64,000 nt of DNA from Bugula neritina (Eukaryota; Animalia; Bryozoa): NCBI GenBank assembly GCA_964035545.1, contig OZ037765.1:30875504-30939503 (forward strand), given 5' to 3'. Below, in pieces: positions 27,626-37,718 of this stretch (the stretch's first letter is position 1; every line of letters starts with the position of its first letter). The position numbers and the translations under genes were made by a program. The notes under the pieces were generated by a model. That model had not been told where the DNA came from. It saw nothing but the letters and a program-made list of their open reading frames with translations, and ran no database searches.

Positions 27626-28726
27626 ATGGATCCATTGAGGCCAGCGCCAGAGCTGGGGCTTGATGATGAAGCAGCAGGAGGACGCTTCACCCTAGAGGCA
27701 TTGATTCGGACTCTCTGGGAAGACAGGGCAGCTGCACGGGCTCCACCTGGTGACAGGTTCCGCCTTAAAGCGCCAGTCTTCGACGGTGAAGGAAATGTAG
27801 AACAATTTCTACAGGAATTCCGCGAGGTGGCCGTGGCCTCCCAGTGGCCGGCCCAAGTGGAATTACTGCAACTACAGTCCTGCCTGACAGGTCGAGCCAA
27901 ACCCTATGCGGTAGGCCCGAATAGAGACCACATCATTGAGGCTCTGCGCGGCCGCTTCGGACTTACCGTCCGGGACGCGAGAGCCCGCCTCCAAGGACTC
28001 CGACGAGACCCTAAGGTCTCACTACAGGATCACGCCAACAAAGTGGAGCAGCTAGTCCAGGTAGCCTACGGTAACGTAGACCTGGAGTCACGCCAGGCCA
28101 TCACCTTTGATATCTTCCTGCAATCGCTCAATAACCTGAGCCTGCAACGGTATCTCTTGGCAGCTGGGGTCGACACCATTGAGGCTGCTCTGGCCAGAGG
28201 AAAGGCGTACTACCAGATCGGCGGGAGTCAGGACTGTGACAGCAGTGCCCGACGAGTCGAGTCAGACTGGGGAGAGGCTGCCGAAGACACTCGGCCGAGG
28301 CCTCAAGTAGCGGCCGCCGCCACTACACCCCCAACCCCACCCGAACTCTCCATGGTATTGGAGGTGGTGGACAAACTGCAAGGAGAGATCGCAACATTGC
28401 GACGGGCCCAAACTACTGACAGACCGGATCGGTCATATGGTAGTCAGCCCAACAAGGACGCTCAGTTAGAGCCTAGGGTAGCAGCTACTGCACCTACCCC
28501 ATCGAGCTCAGCCGAAGTCTCCATGGTACTGGAGGTGGTGCGAGATCTACAGGCCGAAGTTAAGGCCCTGAGACGGGCCCAAACTACTAACCGGCCGAAT
28601 CAGCCACGTAGTAGTCGCCCCGAAGGGTCTTCTCTCACGTGTTGGAAGTGTGGGACAACAGGTCATGTGCAACGAGACTGTCCCCGAGGACGCAGCGGTC
28701 CTTTAAACACCCAAGGCCTGCGGTAA
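27626..28726 (+). CDS. gag: Gag polyprotein (capsid plus CCHC zinc knuckle)
   Basis: 366-aa ORF with a capsid-like APVFDGEGNVEQFLQEF..W motif and zinc knuckle CWKCGTTGHVQRDC. Confidence 0.93.
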   Translation: MDPLRPAPELGLDDEAAGGRFTLEALIRTLWEDRAAARAPPGDRFRLKAPVFDGEGNVEQFLQEFREVAVASQWPAQVELLQLQSCLTGRAKPYAVGPNRDHIIEALRGRFGLTVRDARARLQGLRRDPKVSLQDHANKVEQLVQVAYGNVDLESRQAITFDIFLQSLNNLSLQRYLLAAGVDTIEAALARGKAYYQIGGSQDCDSSARRVESDWGEAAEDTRPRPQVAAAATTPPTPPELSMVLEVVDKLQGEIATLRRAQTTDRPDRSYGSQPNKDAQLEPRVAATAPTPSSSAEVSMVLEVVRDLQAEVKALRRAQTTNRPNQPRSSRPEGSSLTCWKCGTTGHVQRDCPRGRSGPLNTQGLR

Positions 28727-31563
28727 TCTCCGCCACCCGCAGGCCGAGTCTCCAGACTCACCCGAGGAGGGTTTACTCTGCACCCAGGGAGGCGCAGACG
28801 GAACCCCCCTCATCCGAATGGCAAGCGCCCCGGAGAACTTGGAGGCCGAAAGGCCTGCCCGAACCTCCAGCTTGGCCACTCAACAACCGGTTCGCGGGGT
28901 TACCCGAGGAGGTTGTGGAGGAGGATACTGATTCCGACCGGGATTTCCCCCGACTGCCCTCCAAACCTCAGAAAACCCCCGTGGTCCCTAGGACGTGTAA
29001 GAGGCCTACCGTCCAGACCCAAGAAGTGTCTCCCCTAGAGACAGACTACTCGAAGCACACCCAACCATACGGAAGCAGCTATTTCCTGCCCGGCAAGATT
29101 GCGGGCAAAGCTGCCACCTTCCTGTTGGACACCGGGTGCACCACAAACCTTCTGAGTAGGCGTCTCTTCGACACTCTTGGCGCTCGGGAGCGGGAAAGCC
29201 TCAAGCCGTATAATGGTGAGCACGGTACGTTGGCGGACGGATCGAGCATACCGTTTTACGGCCTCATCTCACTACCCGGAAGAGTTCGGGATCTCGTAAT
29301 CCACGAGACCTTCATAGTGAGTCACCTGAAGGAAGATGCTATCCTTGGCATGCCCTTCCTTGAGGAGCACCAATGCCACATGGACTTCAACAAGTCAGCA
29401 ATAGTGGTGGATGGCAAGGAACTTACCTGCGTGGATAAGTTCGGCAGGCCTCTGGTAGGAGGCGTACAGGTGGTCCGGGACAGCCTGATTCCCGGGCGCT
29501 CTCAGGCTACACTCCGGTGCAGGGTCAACTGCAAGGAGATCTCTGAGCTAGGGGTTGTGGAGAGCATGCACGGAAAGGTACAGTTGGCAAACAGCCTGAA
29601 TCGGCTAGACTGCCGTGGAGAGTTCCTGGTGCAGTGCATCAACCCCTACGCGGAGCCGGTGAAGTTATCGGCTGGTTCACTGGTGGGCAGGTATCACTCG
29701 GTTCAGGAGACTGATGTTGGGCCCACACTCGATGCGACGTCGGAGACACCGAGTCGCCCCCTGGAGTCTGGCATGGGACCAGTCCCAGAGCATGTGGCGG
29801 AACTATACAAGGGAGCCTGTGGTGGTTGTGGAAGTAACGTGGAGCGCCAACGGATGGCCCAGTTACTTCGAGAGTACCACGATGTATTCAGCCAAGGAGA
29901 CGAGGACATGGGGTTGACTAACGTAGTGCGGCACGAGATACCCCTAGTAACAGGGACTGCCCCCATACGACAACCCACTCGACGGCTGGGCCCGGAAAAG
30001 GAGAGGGAGGTTAGCCGGCAAGTCCAGGACTTGCTTGATCGGGACCTGATTGAGCCAGCCCACGGTGCGTGGAGCTCACCAGTCGTCCTGGTCAAAAAGA
30101 AGGATGGGAGCTGGAGATTCTGCGTTGATTACCGCAAGTTGAACAGCGTCACCATCCAGGACGCCTACCCTCTCCCCCGGATAGACGAGTCGCTAGATGC
30201 CCTCGCGGGAAGTAGATACTTCAGCACGCTGGACCTACTGAGTGGATACTGGCAAGTACCCCTCAGTCCTGATGCACAGGACAAGGCCGCGTTCATCACC
30301 CGCGATGGCCTCTGGAAATGGAAGGTGTTGCCATTCGGGCTGACATCCGCCCCGGCCACCTTTCAGCGGCTCATGGAGCAGGTCCTCAGTGGGTTACACT
30401 GGAAGACGCTGCTAGTCTATCTGGACGACGTCATTGTTATCTCGCCAGACTTTTCGACTCATGTCAGTCGTCTGCGCGAGGTCTTTGACCGTCTCCGGGC
30501 CGCCGGGCTAAAGCTTAAACCCTCGAAATGTGCCCTCCTGCAGCAGGAAGTCAAATATCTCGGACATGTGGTCAGCCGGGACGGCGTTGCCACCGACCCC
30601 GAGAAAGTACGGGCCGTACAAGACTGGACTGTTCCCCAAGATATCCATGAACTGAGAGCGTTCCTAGGACTGGTGGGATATTATCGGCAATATATCCCCG
30701 AATTCGCAGGTGTGGCACAGCCATTGAATCGGCTAACCGCCAAAGGAGTCCGGTGGCGTTGGACTCAGGAAGAGCAACAGGCTTTTGATCATCTCAAGAC
30801 CCGGCTAGTGGAGGCACCCATCCTGGCTTACCCCGACCCGACCAAACAGTATATCTTGGATACAGATGCCAGCGACCACAGCATGGGGGCTGTGTTGTCC
30901 CAGGTACAAGGAGGTACCGAGGTAGTGGTGGCGTATTACAGCAAGGTCCTCTCCACCGCCGAAAGAAACTACTGCACGACCAGGAAGGAACTCCTAGCAG
31001 TAGTTAAGGCGGTGAAGCATTTCCGGCCATATCTATATGGTAGAACGTTCAGATTACGAACTGACCATGCATCACTGATATGGCTGTGCAAACGGGCCGA
31101 ACCCTCCAGCCAGGTTGCCAGGTGGCTCGAAATACTTGCAGAATTCTCATATCGGATTGAACATCGCGCCGGCCGGAAGCATGGAAATGCTGATGGTCTG
31201 AGCCGTCGTCCAGAGAGAGACTGCAAGCAATGCCTCCATATAGAGAAGCGGGACGGGGGACCCGCTCGCTCGGAAGTCGAGACACAACTGAAGAAAACAG
31301 AAGCCTACAGGTGGGAACAAGGCCGACTGCAATCCGATGTCCATTCAGATGCTGTCCAGGCCCTTCGGGTCAACCCCACCTTAGCCAGAAATGTCCAGGA
31401 CTTGTGCCGATTACAGGAAACCCTGCCGGGGGTAGTGGGAGAGATATTCAGGGCCAAGAAGGAGGGGCGCCGGCCAAGTGAAGAGGAGCAGCGGCAGAAG
31501 GGCGTTGAATTCCAACAGTTCTGCCACCGCTGGGACTCCCTCAAATTCAACTCAACTTGCTAA
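28639..31563 (+). CDS. pol: Pol part 1: aspartic protease, reverse transcriptase, RNase H
   Basis: LLDTG protease; RFCVDYRKLN, LPFGL and YLDD RT motifs; LDTDAS/ELLAV/TDH RNase H. The ORF ends at a frameshift near 31553. Confidence 0.95.
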   Translation: MLEVWDNRSCATRLSPRTQRSFKHPRPAVISATRRPSLQTHPRRVYSAPREAQTEPPSSEWQAPRRTWRPKGLPEPPAWPLNNRFAGLPEEVVEEDTDSDRDFPRLPSKPQKTPVVPRTCKRPTVQTQEVSPLETDYSKHTQPYGSSYFLPGKIAGKAATFLLDTGCTTNLLSRRLFDTLGARERESLKPYNGEHGTLADGSSIPFYGLISLPGRVRDLVIHETFIVSHLKEDAILGMPFLEEHQCHMDFNKSAIVVDGKELTCVDKFGRPLVGGVQVVRDSLIPGRSQATLRCRVNCKEISELGVVESMHGKVQLANSLNRLDCRGEFLVQCINPYAEPVKLSAGSLVGRYHSVQETDVGPTLDATSETPSRPLESGMGPVPEHVAELYKGACGGCGSNVERQRMAQLLREYHDVFSQGDEDMGLTNVVRHEIPLVTGTAPIRQPTRRLGPEKEREVSRQVQDLLDRDLIEPAHGAWSSPVVLVKKKDGSWRFCVDYRKLNSVTIQDAYPLPRIDESLDALAGSRYFSTLDLLSGYWQVPLSPDAQDKAAFITRDGLWKWKVLPFGLTSAPATFQRLMEQVLSGLHWKTLLVYLDDVIVISPDFSTHVSRLREVFDRLRAAGLKLKPSKCALLQQEVKYLGHVVSRDGVATDPEKVRAVQDWTVPQDIHELRAFLGLVGYYRQYIPEFAGVAQPLNRLTAKGVRWRWTQEEQQAFDHLKTRLVEAPILAYPDPTKQYILDTDASDHSMGAVLSQVQGGTEVVVAYYSKVLSTAERNYCTTRKELLAVVKAVKHFRPYLYGRTFRLRTDHASLIWLCKRAEPSSQVARWLEILAEFSYRIEHRAGRKHGNADGLSRRPERDCKQCLHIEKRDGGPARSEVETQLKKTEAYRWEQGRLQSDVHSDAVQALRVNPTLARNVQDLCRLQETLPGVVGEIFRAKKEGRRPSEEEQRQKGVEFQQFCHRWDSLKFNSTC
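28702..28759 (+). promoter_or_regulatory. Programmed -1 ribosomal frameshift signal (gag-pol)
   Basis: T_TTA_AAC heptamer in the gag frame (28702-28708), a 6-nt spacer and a 9-bp GC-rich stem GGCCTGCGG/CCGCAGGCC (28715-28745). pol is in the -1 frame and lacks its own early ATG. Confidence 0.85.
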
Positions 31564-33647
31564 CCATCTCCTTGGCAGCAGACAGGCAACACCAGGAACG
31601 GGAGCGGGTTGTGTGCCCACACCCCCTCCGGAGAGAGCTCATCTGGGAGACTCACAAGCAAGCCCATGCGGGGACCAGTAGAGTGATTCGGTGCCTACAG
31701 ATGCGGTGGTACTGGCCAGGGATGACAAGGGATGTGAGGCTACAGATCCGGCAATGTGAAATCTGCCAGGCGAGTAAGCATGGCCGTTCTACCGAGACCA
31801 CGGGACGGCGCAGGCTGTACGCCGGTCGCCCGTGGCAGACAGTGGCAGTCGACTTGGTGGGTCCCATGCCGACGTCCGCTCGTGGAAACAACTGGATTCT
31901 GGTACTAACGGATCATTTTACTAGGTGGGCAGATGCCTTGGCAATCCCGGACGCCTCCGCCCCGACGGTAGCCCGAGCTTTAGATCAGCACGTTTTCTGC
32001 TATTTCGGGCTACCGGAGCAGATCCACACAGATCAAGGGGCACAGTTCCAATCACAGCTGATGAGGGACCTCTGTCGGGTATGGGGGGTCAACCAAAGTA
32101 GGACCACCCCCTACCACCCCCAAGGAAATGGCGTAGTGGAACGCAACAACAGGATGTTGGGGGACGCCCTGAGGAGTCTACTACTAGGGAAAAGCCAAGA
32201 AGAATGGGACGCCGTGCTACCCCAGATCATGCGTGCATATCGCAGTACTCCCCACTCTAGCACCCAGGAGACACCCAACTTCCTAATGCTAGGCCGGGAA
32301 ACGCGGGTCCCGGATCATCTCACGTACCACGTCCCCCTCCCAGAGGGACCTGTCCACGAATACGTGAGAGAGCTGGTTGATAGGATGCGGACGGCCCATG
32401 AGGTCTTAAGGGAAAAACAATGGCAAGTGCGAGGGGAAGACTCGGACGAGCCCCCACTCTACCAGGCTGGCGATTGGGTATGGATGATTAGTTACAGGAG
32501 GAAGCGCGGACAGTCGGCTAAATTACAGCCCAAGTTCGTGGGACCATACTGCATCATCGAAGTGCTACCCAATCACACGTACCGCGTAGAACGCTCCGGA
32601 CAGATTTCCGTCCAAAGCGAGAAACGCTTAAAACCGTACTGGGCCAGCCCTGGGGCAGTAGGACAAGCACCACCGCTCCTGGAGCCAGCACGACGACCCA
32701 CCGGGGGAGGAAGGGCGCCCCCCACCCGAGAGTGGGAACTTCCCTATAACCTACCGGAGGGAAACCCCGAAACACAAGAACCACCCCCCACTGTGCAAGA
32801 GCCCCCCGAGCAACCAGCACCTCAGGCGCCCCCACCAGTAAGACCACCCCCCGCCATACCAGAGAGGTTAGACCCACCTACCCTGGAAGTAGGAGAGAGT
32901 AGAGCCACCAACCCTGGGGGACAGGCCACTTTGCCAGACACAGAAGGCCTAAGGCGTAGCCAGAGGACTCGAAGACCTCCTGGGTACTTAGGGGAATATT
33001 ACTGTGGCCAGATAGGGAAAGGATACCCTAGCTCGGAGGACGAAGGGCCCCCCTTGTATTACAACTATTCACCACCTAACCACACCACCAGGGAGGCTCG
33101 ATATCGGCAGGGGATCACTTCGATGTTCCCCACCCAGATCGGACAAAAACCCGATCCCGAAGTTGGAAAAACCCAGGCGAGGGACTCTCGCGATAAACCA
33201 CGAACGCATACTTCGTTCATTCCAATCGCAGCAAGCACACACGCCACACGGAATTTAATCTCTCGCCATCTAACAAATATGGATATTACACCCACTCACC
33301 TGAATGTTGAAGAAGAGTCCAGCACACACCCTGGTAAGTCCACTAGACTAGAATTACCTCCTATACCGGAGAATTGTCTAGGTGGTGATGACAGTAGAAA
33401 CTCGAACTCTGATTCCCAGAGTAAGTTCGAGATGTGGAGAACTCACACTTGGAACTCTGAAGGGTCAGACTCAGAGTCACCCAACAGAGATTACCTACTT
33501 GACCAGGACATTCAGAGTGTCACTCTACCCCCACCTCGGCAGCTCGCAGTATCGCGACGAGTGCCATACAAGGATATCACTAATAATGGAGTGAGTCAGC
33601 CATCACGAGTTGGAGATATCGGTCAGACCGGATCTCTGAGGAACTAG
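31557..33647 (+). CDS. pol: Pol part 2: integrase (HHCC, DDE, GPY/F) plus long C-terminal extension
   Basis: H-x3-H..CEIC zinc-binding motif, VDLVG/TDQG/VVER catalytic triad, KFVGPY and LRRSQRTRRPP motifs. Out of frame with part 1. Confidence 0.92.
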   Translation: MLTISLAADRQHQERERVVCPHPLRRELIWETHKQAHAGTSRVIRCLQMRWYWPGMTRDVRLQIRQCEICQASKHGRSTETTGRRRLYAGRPWQTVAVDLVGPMPTSARGNNWILVLTDHFTRWADALAIPDASAPTVARALDQHVFCYFGLPEQIHTDQGAQFQSQLMRDLCRVWGVNQSRTTPYHPQGNGVVERNNRMLGDALRSLLLGKSQEEWDAVLPQIMRAYRSTPHSSTQETPNFLMLGRETRVPDHLTYHVPLPEGPVHEYVRELVDRMRTAHEVLREKQWQVRGEDSDEPPLYQAGDWVWMISYRRKRGQSAKLQPKFVGPYCIIEVLPNHTYRVERSGQISVQSEKRLKPYWASPGAVGQAPPLLEPARRPTGGGRAPPTREWELPYNLPEGNPETQEPPPTVQEPPEQPAPQAPPPVRPPPAIPERLDPPTLEVGESRATNPGGQATLPDTEGLRRSQRTRRPPGYLGEYYCGQIGKGYPSSEDEGPPLYYNYSPPNHTTREARYRQGITSMFPTQIGQKPDPEVGKTQARDSRDKPRTHTSFIPIAASTHATRNLISRHLTNMDITPTHLNVEEESSTHPGKSTRLELPPIPENCLGGDDSRNSNSDSQSKFEMWRTHTWNSEGSDSESPNRDYLLDQDIQSVTLPPPRQLAVSRRVPYKDITNNGVSQPSRVGDIGQTGSLRN

Positions 33648-33882
33648 AATGCATACGACGCAGACTGCAGGACCTTGAGCAGCCCGCTCGACCCTAAGGG
33701 TGACACTTCTCTTTATGTAGATATATATTCTTGTGTGTATTAACTCATTATCCCTTAACAATTTCTATCTGATATATTTTTGTTTGTGTGTCATTCCAGA
33801 GCTCCCTTACATGTATTTTCTTTTATTTTGTTTTCCTTCTTTTTAATATTATTATTATATCAGAAAGGGGTTGTACTTTCTG

Positions 33883-33895
33883 ATGGAGGGGAGTG
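33883..33895 (+). promoter_or_regulatory. Polypurine tract
   Basis: ATGGAGGGGAGTG immediately 5' of the 3' LTR. Confidence 0.8.
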
Positions 33896-34614
33896 TGTGG
33901 TAAAATTGTGTATAGTATAACTAATGCTTATATTTTTCCTTACTAGTATTAACTTCATTCCCATGGAATGCGTGTTTTCTTAGATATACATCATTACATA
34001 GCCATAGTATTGTAACAGCTAAGTGTTATGTTGGCAATGATGGGATTAGCTATTATTCCCAGCTACTTACTACTACTGACGTGACTGGATTAGCTATTGT
34101 TTCTGACGGCTCACAGGAACACTTATATAATCAAGATAACCGGGATTTCCCTGCGAAGTTCGCTCGATTCGAGCGATTCCTTTGTTCTAGCCCTGCGAAT
34201 CCCCTGCGATTCGAGCGAATTCCCTCGAATTCGCTCGGAATATTCTAGTGGGAATGTTCCCAATGTATAAAAGGAGGCCCTCAACACAGTAGAGTCAGTC
34301 TTCAGCCAGCAGCACAACAGGACACATCTCGGAGCTACCAAGCCAGGACAATAACACACTTAGTTAATTATCTTATACTTTGTTTACCAGTTTACTAGTA
34401 AGTTTTCCATACATGTAAGGAGTTGTCCTCCCTAACTGCTATTTTTGGATTTATATATATTATGGAGTAAATAAAGGGGATTGTGAGTATTACATTTCTT
34501 ATTTATTGTGCATAAATACCCTCCTACAAAGAGTCACTGTGTTCAATCAGCTAACAACCCACACCAATAATTGCATGCAGCGAATCATAACATTCTACGC
34601 ATAAAATTATTACA
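33896..34614 (+). repeat. 3' LTR (719 bp)
   Basis: Copy of the 5' LTR, preceded by the PPT and followed by TSD ATAC; AATAAA at 34470-34475. Confidence 0.97.
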
Positions 34615-37558
34615 ATACACCCATATCATGCTATATACAAGATAGTTGTGCATTTTATATCTCATTGAAGGTGGTTGCTGCTTATTGTATAAAATGTGGG
34701 GCCAGCAGTGGCCAATACTGGAGCCAAATACGCATCTATAAATATCAAGTCTTAGCAACGCAGCATTTTCACTTGTGTCTAATATAAAACCCAGCATATT
34801 AATTATTCACGAGACCTTAACGAGAAAATTCTCCTAGCAATTATAACTTGGCAAGAAACCATCTCTCCCCAACAGATGTGAGTTGCCTTCCAGTGCCAAA
34901 ACAGAGCACAACTTGTCACTTTTCCATTGAAGACATCCTAACTTTATGGCCTCCCAGCATAATTTGCATGTTGAGTTACCGTTGTATTCTAATCACGTAA
35001 AAAATGTCTCAACAAAAGTTCTCGGATCCATTTATCTCATGTCTAATTTATTCATACAGGCTAATTTAGATAGATACTAATTAGTGTTTCCTATTAAAGT
35101 AAGATGAAGCTTGTGAACAGGAAAAAAGGTTTAAAACGCTCAGTTTCCTAAGCCAGATGGGCTGAGGTATGTTAGTTTCGGTCCTCACATTCCTAACTAC
35201 CAATTAATCAACTTTTTAATTACTTTGAAAAATGTTTCTGGTTTATTCAAATTTAATCGGATCTAAAATATATTAATATTCAATAAATTTTAGGAGAAAG
35301 TGAATAACACATTAATATGCTCTCACTGCTGTCATTATAACAGAAAAATAATGAAATGAATTTATTATAAATAATAGTACTCTAACACTGAATATTATAA
35401 AAATTTTATTTAATAGCAATTGTAAAATAGCAAAACATCTAAAATCTCACAAATTCTCTTATCTAGGGCCAATTATTGTGCTCCAATCTTCAGCTGCACA
35501 CACGCCAATATACAAGTGTAGGCCAGTCTCTAAAGTTGGTTCATCACGTGACAACTGGTTAATCTGACAGACAGTATGTGAGTCATGTACTCAAAGTTGA
35601 GGTCCATCATTGAAACCAGATAAGGTTGTAGGAAAGTAAAATAAACACCTGTATAAACTTATTACATGCCTCATGCTGTACAGAGCTATAAAAGGAAGAG
35701 AAAAACTGCAGTTCTAATCTGAAGACACAAAATTACCTAGATTATAGTCTACGATTACAACATTTAACTTGTCTCAGTGTTAAACATTGATATTATTAGT
35801 ATCATTACTTTCTAGTGGTAGCTTTATATCTAGTAATCTTGATGACAAGTTGAACAAGTCATTTTTGATTTAGTATATCTGTACTTAGTTTAGACTTTAG
35901 ATAAACAGGTTACAAATAAACTAGAATATTAAATGAGATATTTCGTCACAAAAGGTTGACATATCATATAAATATTTAATTTATTAGTTATTTGCATGTA
36001 TTCATCTGTATCAGTTATAAACGCAATTCTTATCTGTTTATTCTATTAGTATTTGGACTGTCACCCGTAGATTTAAATTGATTTAAATAAAATTGAATTG
36101 AATTAGTCTGCAGATATTTTGCTCCATTTTATGAACGAGGCTGAGATGAAGGATTTAAATTAATGAACATGTTTTGCAAATTTTCTACTATTACCCCAAG
36201 TAAATATGATATTTCTATAGAAACAAACTAGCATATATATCATATCCATAAATAGCTTTTCTAGTTTCTCATATTTAAAAACTAATTGAATGGTTTTTTT
36301 GCAAAAAATATGAAGTACTTAAATTTTTAATTGCCCGAAGAGTCAACATTTTTTGCCATTTCTCTGTGTAGATTGTACAATGATAAACTATTACTAATTG
36401 TAATATGGTAATCTTTAATAACTAATTACACCCTCACAGTGGTACTCATATTAATGTGTATAATACCTATAATTATTGTGGTGAAAGATATTTAATTTTT
36501 TTCAGTATTAAAGTATGCAGTTACGAATAAACTTTTTCCTCAATAAACACTGAATTCACTGATATATAAAAATAATACATGAGTGAAAACAAGACAGCTT
36601 GAAAAGCACAACTAAACACGTGTACATCACTTGTTCTCATCCAACATCATTTAATACACCTGAAGTCAGACAGCCTGAAGAAAGTGACAATTTACAAATT
36701 GATCTTCAAGCAGATAATTAACAATGAGACTGTAGAAAGTTATTCATGACAATCTTGTAACATATTCTCTCAAGTAGCAAATTCTTTTGTGACATGTTCA
36801 TTGAGGTAAATTAGAGTGGTTCGGCAGGAGTCTATACTATTAGCTATTCAGAGTCAAGTTGTTTAATTAACTCTGAAGTTGACTAGAGAATGTTCCCAGT
36901 CTAATACGACTGGAAGTCATGTTATTTATACTAAGTTGGCATGGTGCGCGCCCAGATAGGGGTGTGTAAATTTAAACTGGATTTACGTATTAATGTCATC
37001 AATTCAGGTTTTTGCTACACCATGTTACACCATGTTAAATAAATGGCAGTAAAATGGATAAAAGCAAAAAATGATGAAAATATGCAACACTTGATATAGT
37101 AGGCAGTAGAAAGTACTTACTTCAGCTACTACAATTATCCATCAACACCACACTGCATCACACTGTAGTCAAACTGTCTTATATGTAAGCTGCTGTTAGC
37201 TTTTGCTAGTCTTTGTTTTTTCATTATTGGCCACATGCTTTACATCACAATGTACCACTTGATAAAAATGTATTGCTAGAAGCCCGTGTTAAACTACAGC
37301 TTTTGATATTCTGATTTTAGTCTCCCGTACCCTTTCCCTTTCGCTAATTTGTTTGAAGCTATAAAGAAGTTTAAACAATAACGGAGATACTGAGCTTGAG
37401 ATTTGTGTTCAACGGCAGATATAAGCCACTTACTGTAGAAATGTGAAAAAGATATTCAGCGTCTAAATTAGATGTTCAAGTTGAGAAGGAGTTAGAAATT
37501 GTCAGCTAGGAGAATATTCTTACTTACGCAAGTTTATAGTCGCTATCCCTGTGAGAAC

Positions 37559-37718
37559 CCATGATGGAAAGGGTTTTTTGTTGGGGGACTTATTCGTTTG
37601 AGGCATAGGAGCAATTATGACTGGATGCTCTCCCTAACATCACCGATGGCCTTTACTGGGGTTCGAACCCGTGGCTTGGTGCTTTCTAGGCTTTAACCCT
37701 TAAACCACAGCTGCTCCC
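37559..37718 (-). mobile_element. tRNA-derived SINE
   Basis: On the minus strand: an A-box-like TGGTTTAAGGGT, a B-box GGTTCGAACCC, then a GTTAGGGAGAGCATCCAGTC body and an A-rich end. Flanked by a 7-bp direct repeat TGAGAAC (37552-58 and 37719-25). Confidence 0.65.

Larger units (their letters stand above)
26838..34614 (+). mobile_element. Full-length Ty3/gypsy LTR retrotransposon, very recent insertion
   Basis: TG...CA LTRs at 26838-27556 and 33896-34614. 4-bp TSD ATAC (26834-26837 and 34615-34618). PBS and PPT present; gag and pol with domain order PR-RT-RH-IN. Confidence 0.98.

Noticed and set aside
31540-31565. Second programmed frameshift in pol
   Set aside because: No slippery heptamer or evident stimulator; a lesion or assembly error is simpler.
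27592-33295. Many antisense or alternate-frame ORFs over gag-pol
   Set aside because: Expected shadows of GC-rich coding sequence; no motifs.
33010-33895. Canonical env gene
   Set aside because: No long ORF with a signal peptide, furin site and TM between pol and the 3' LTR.
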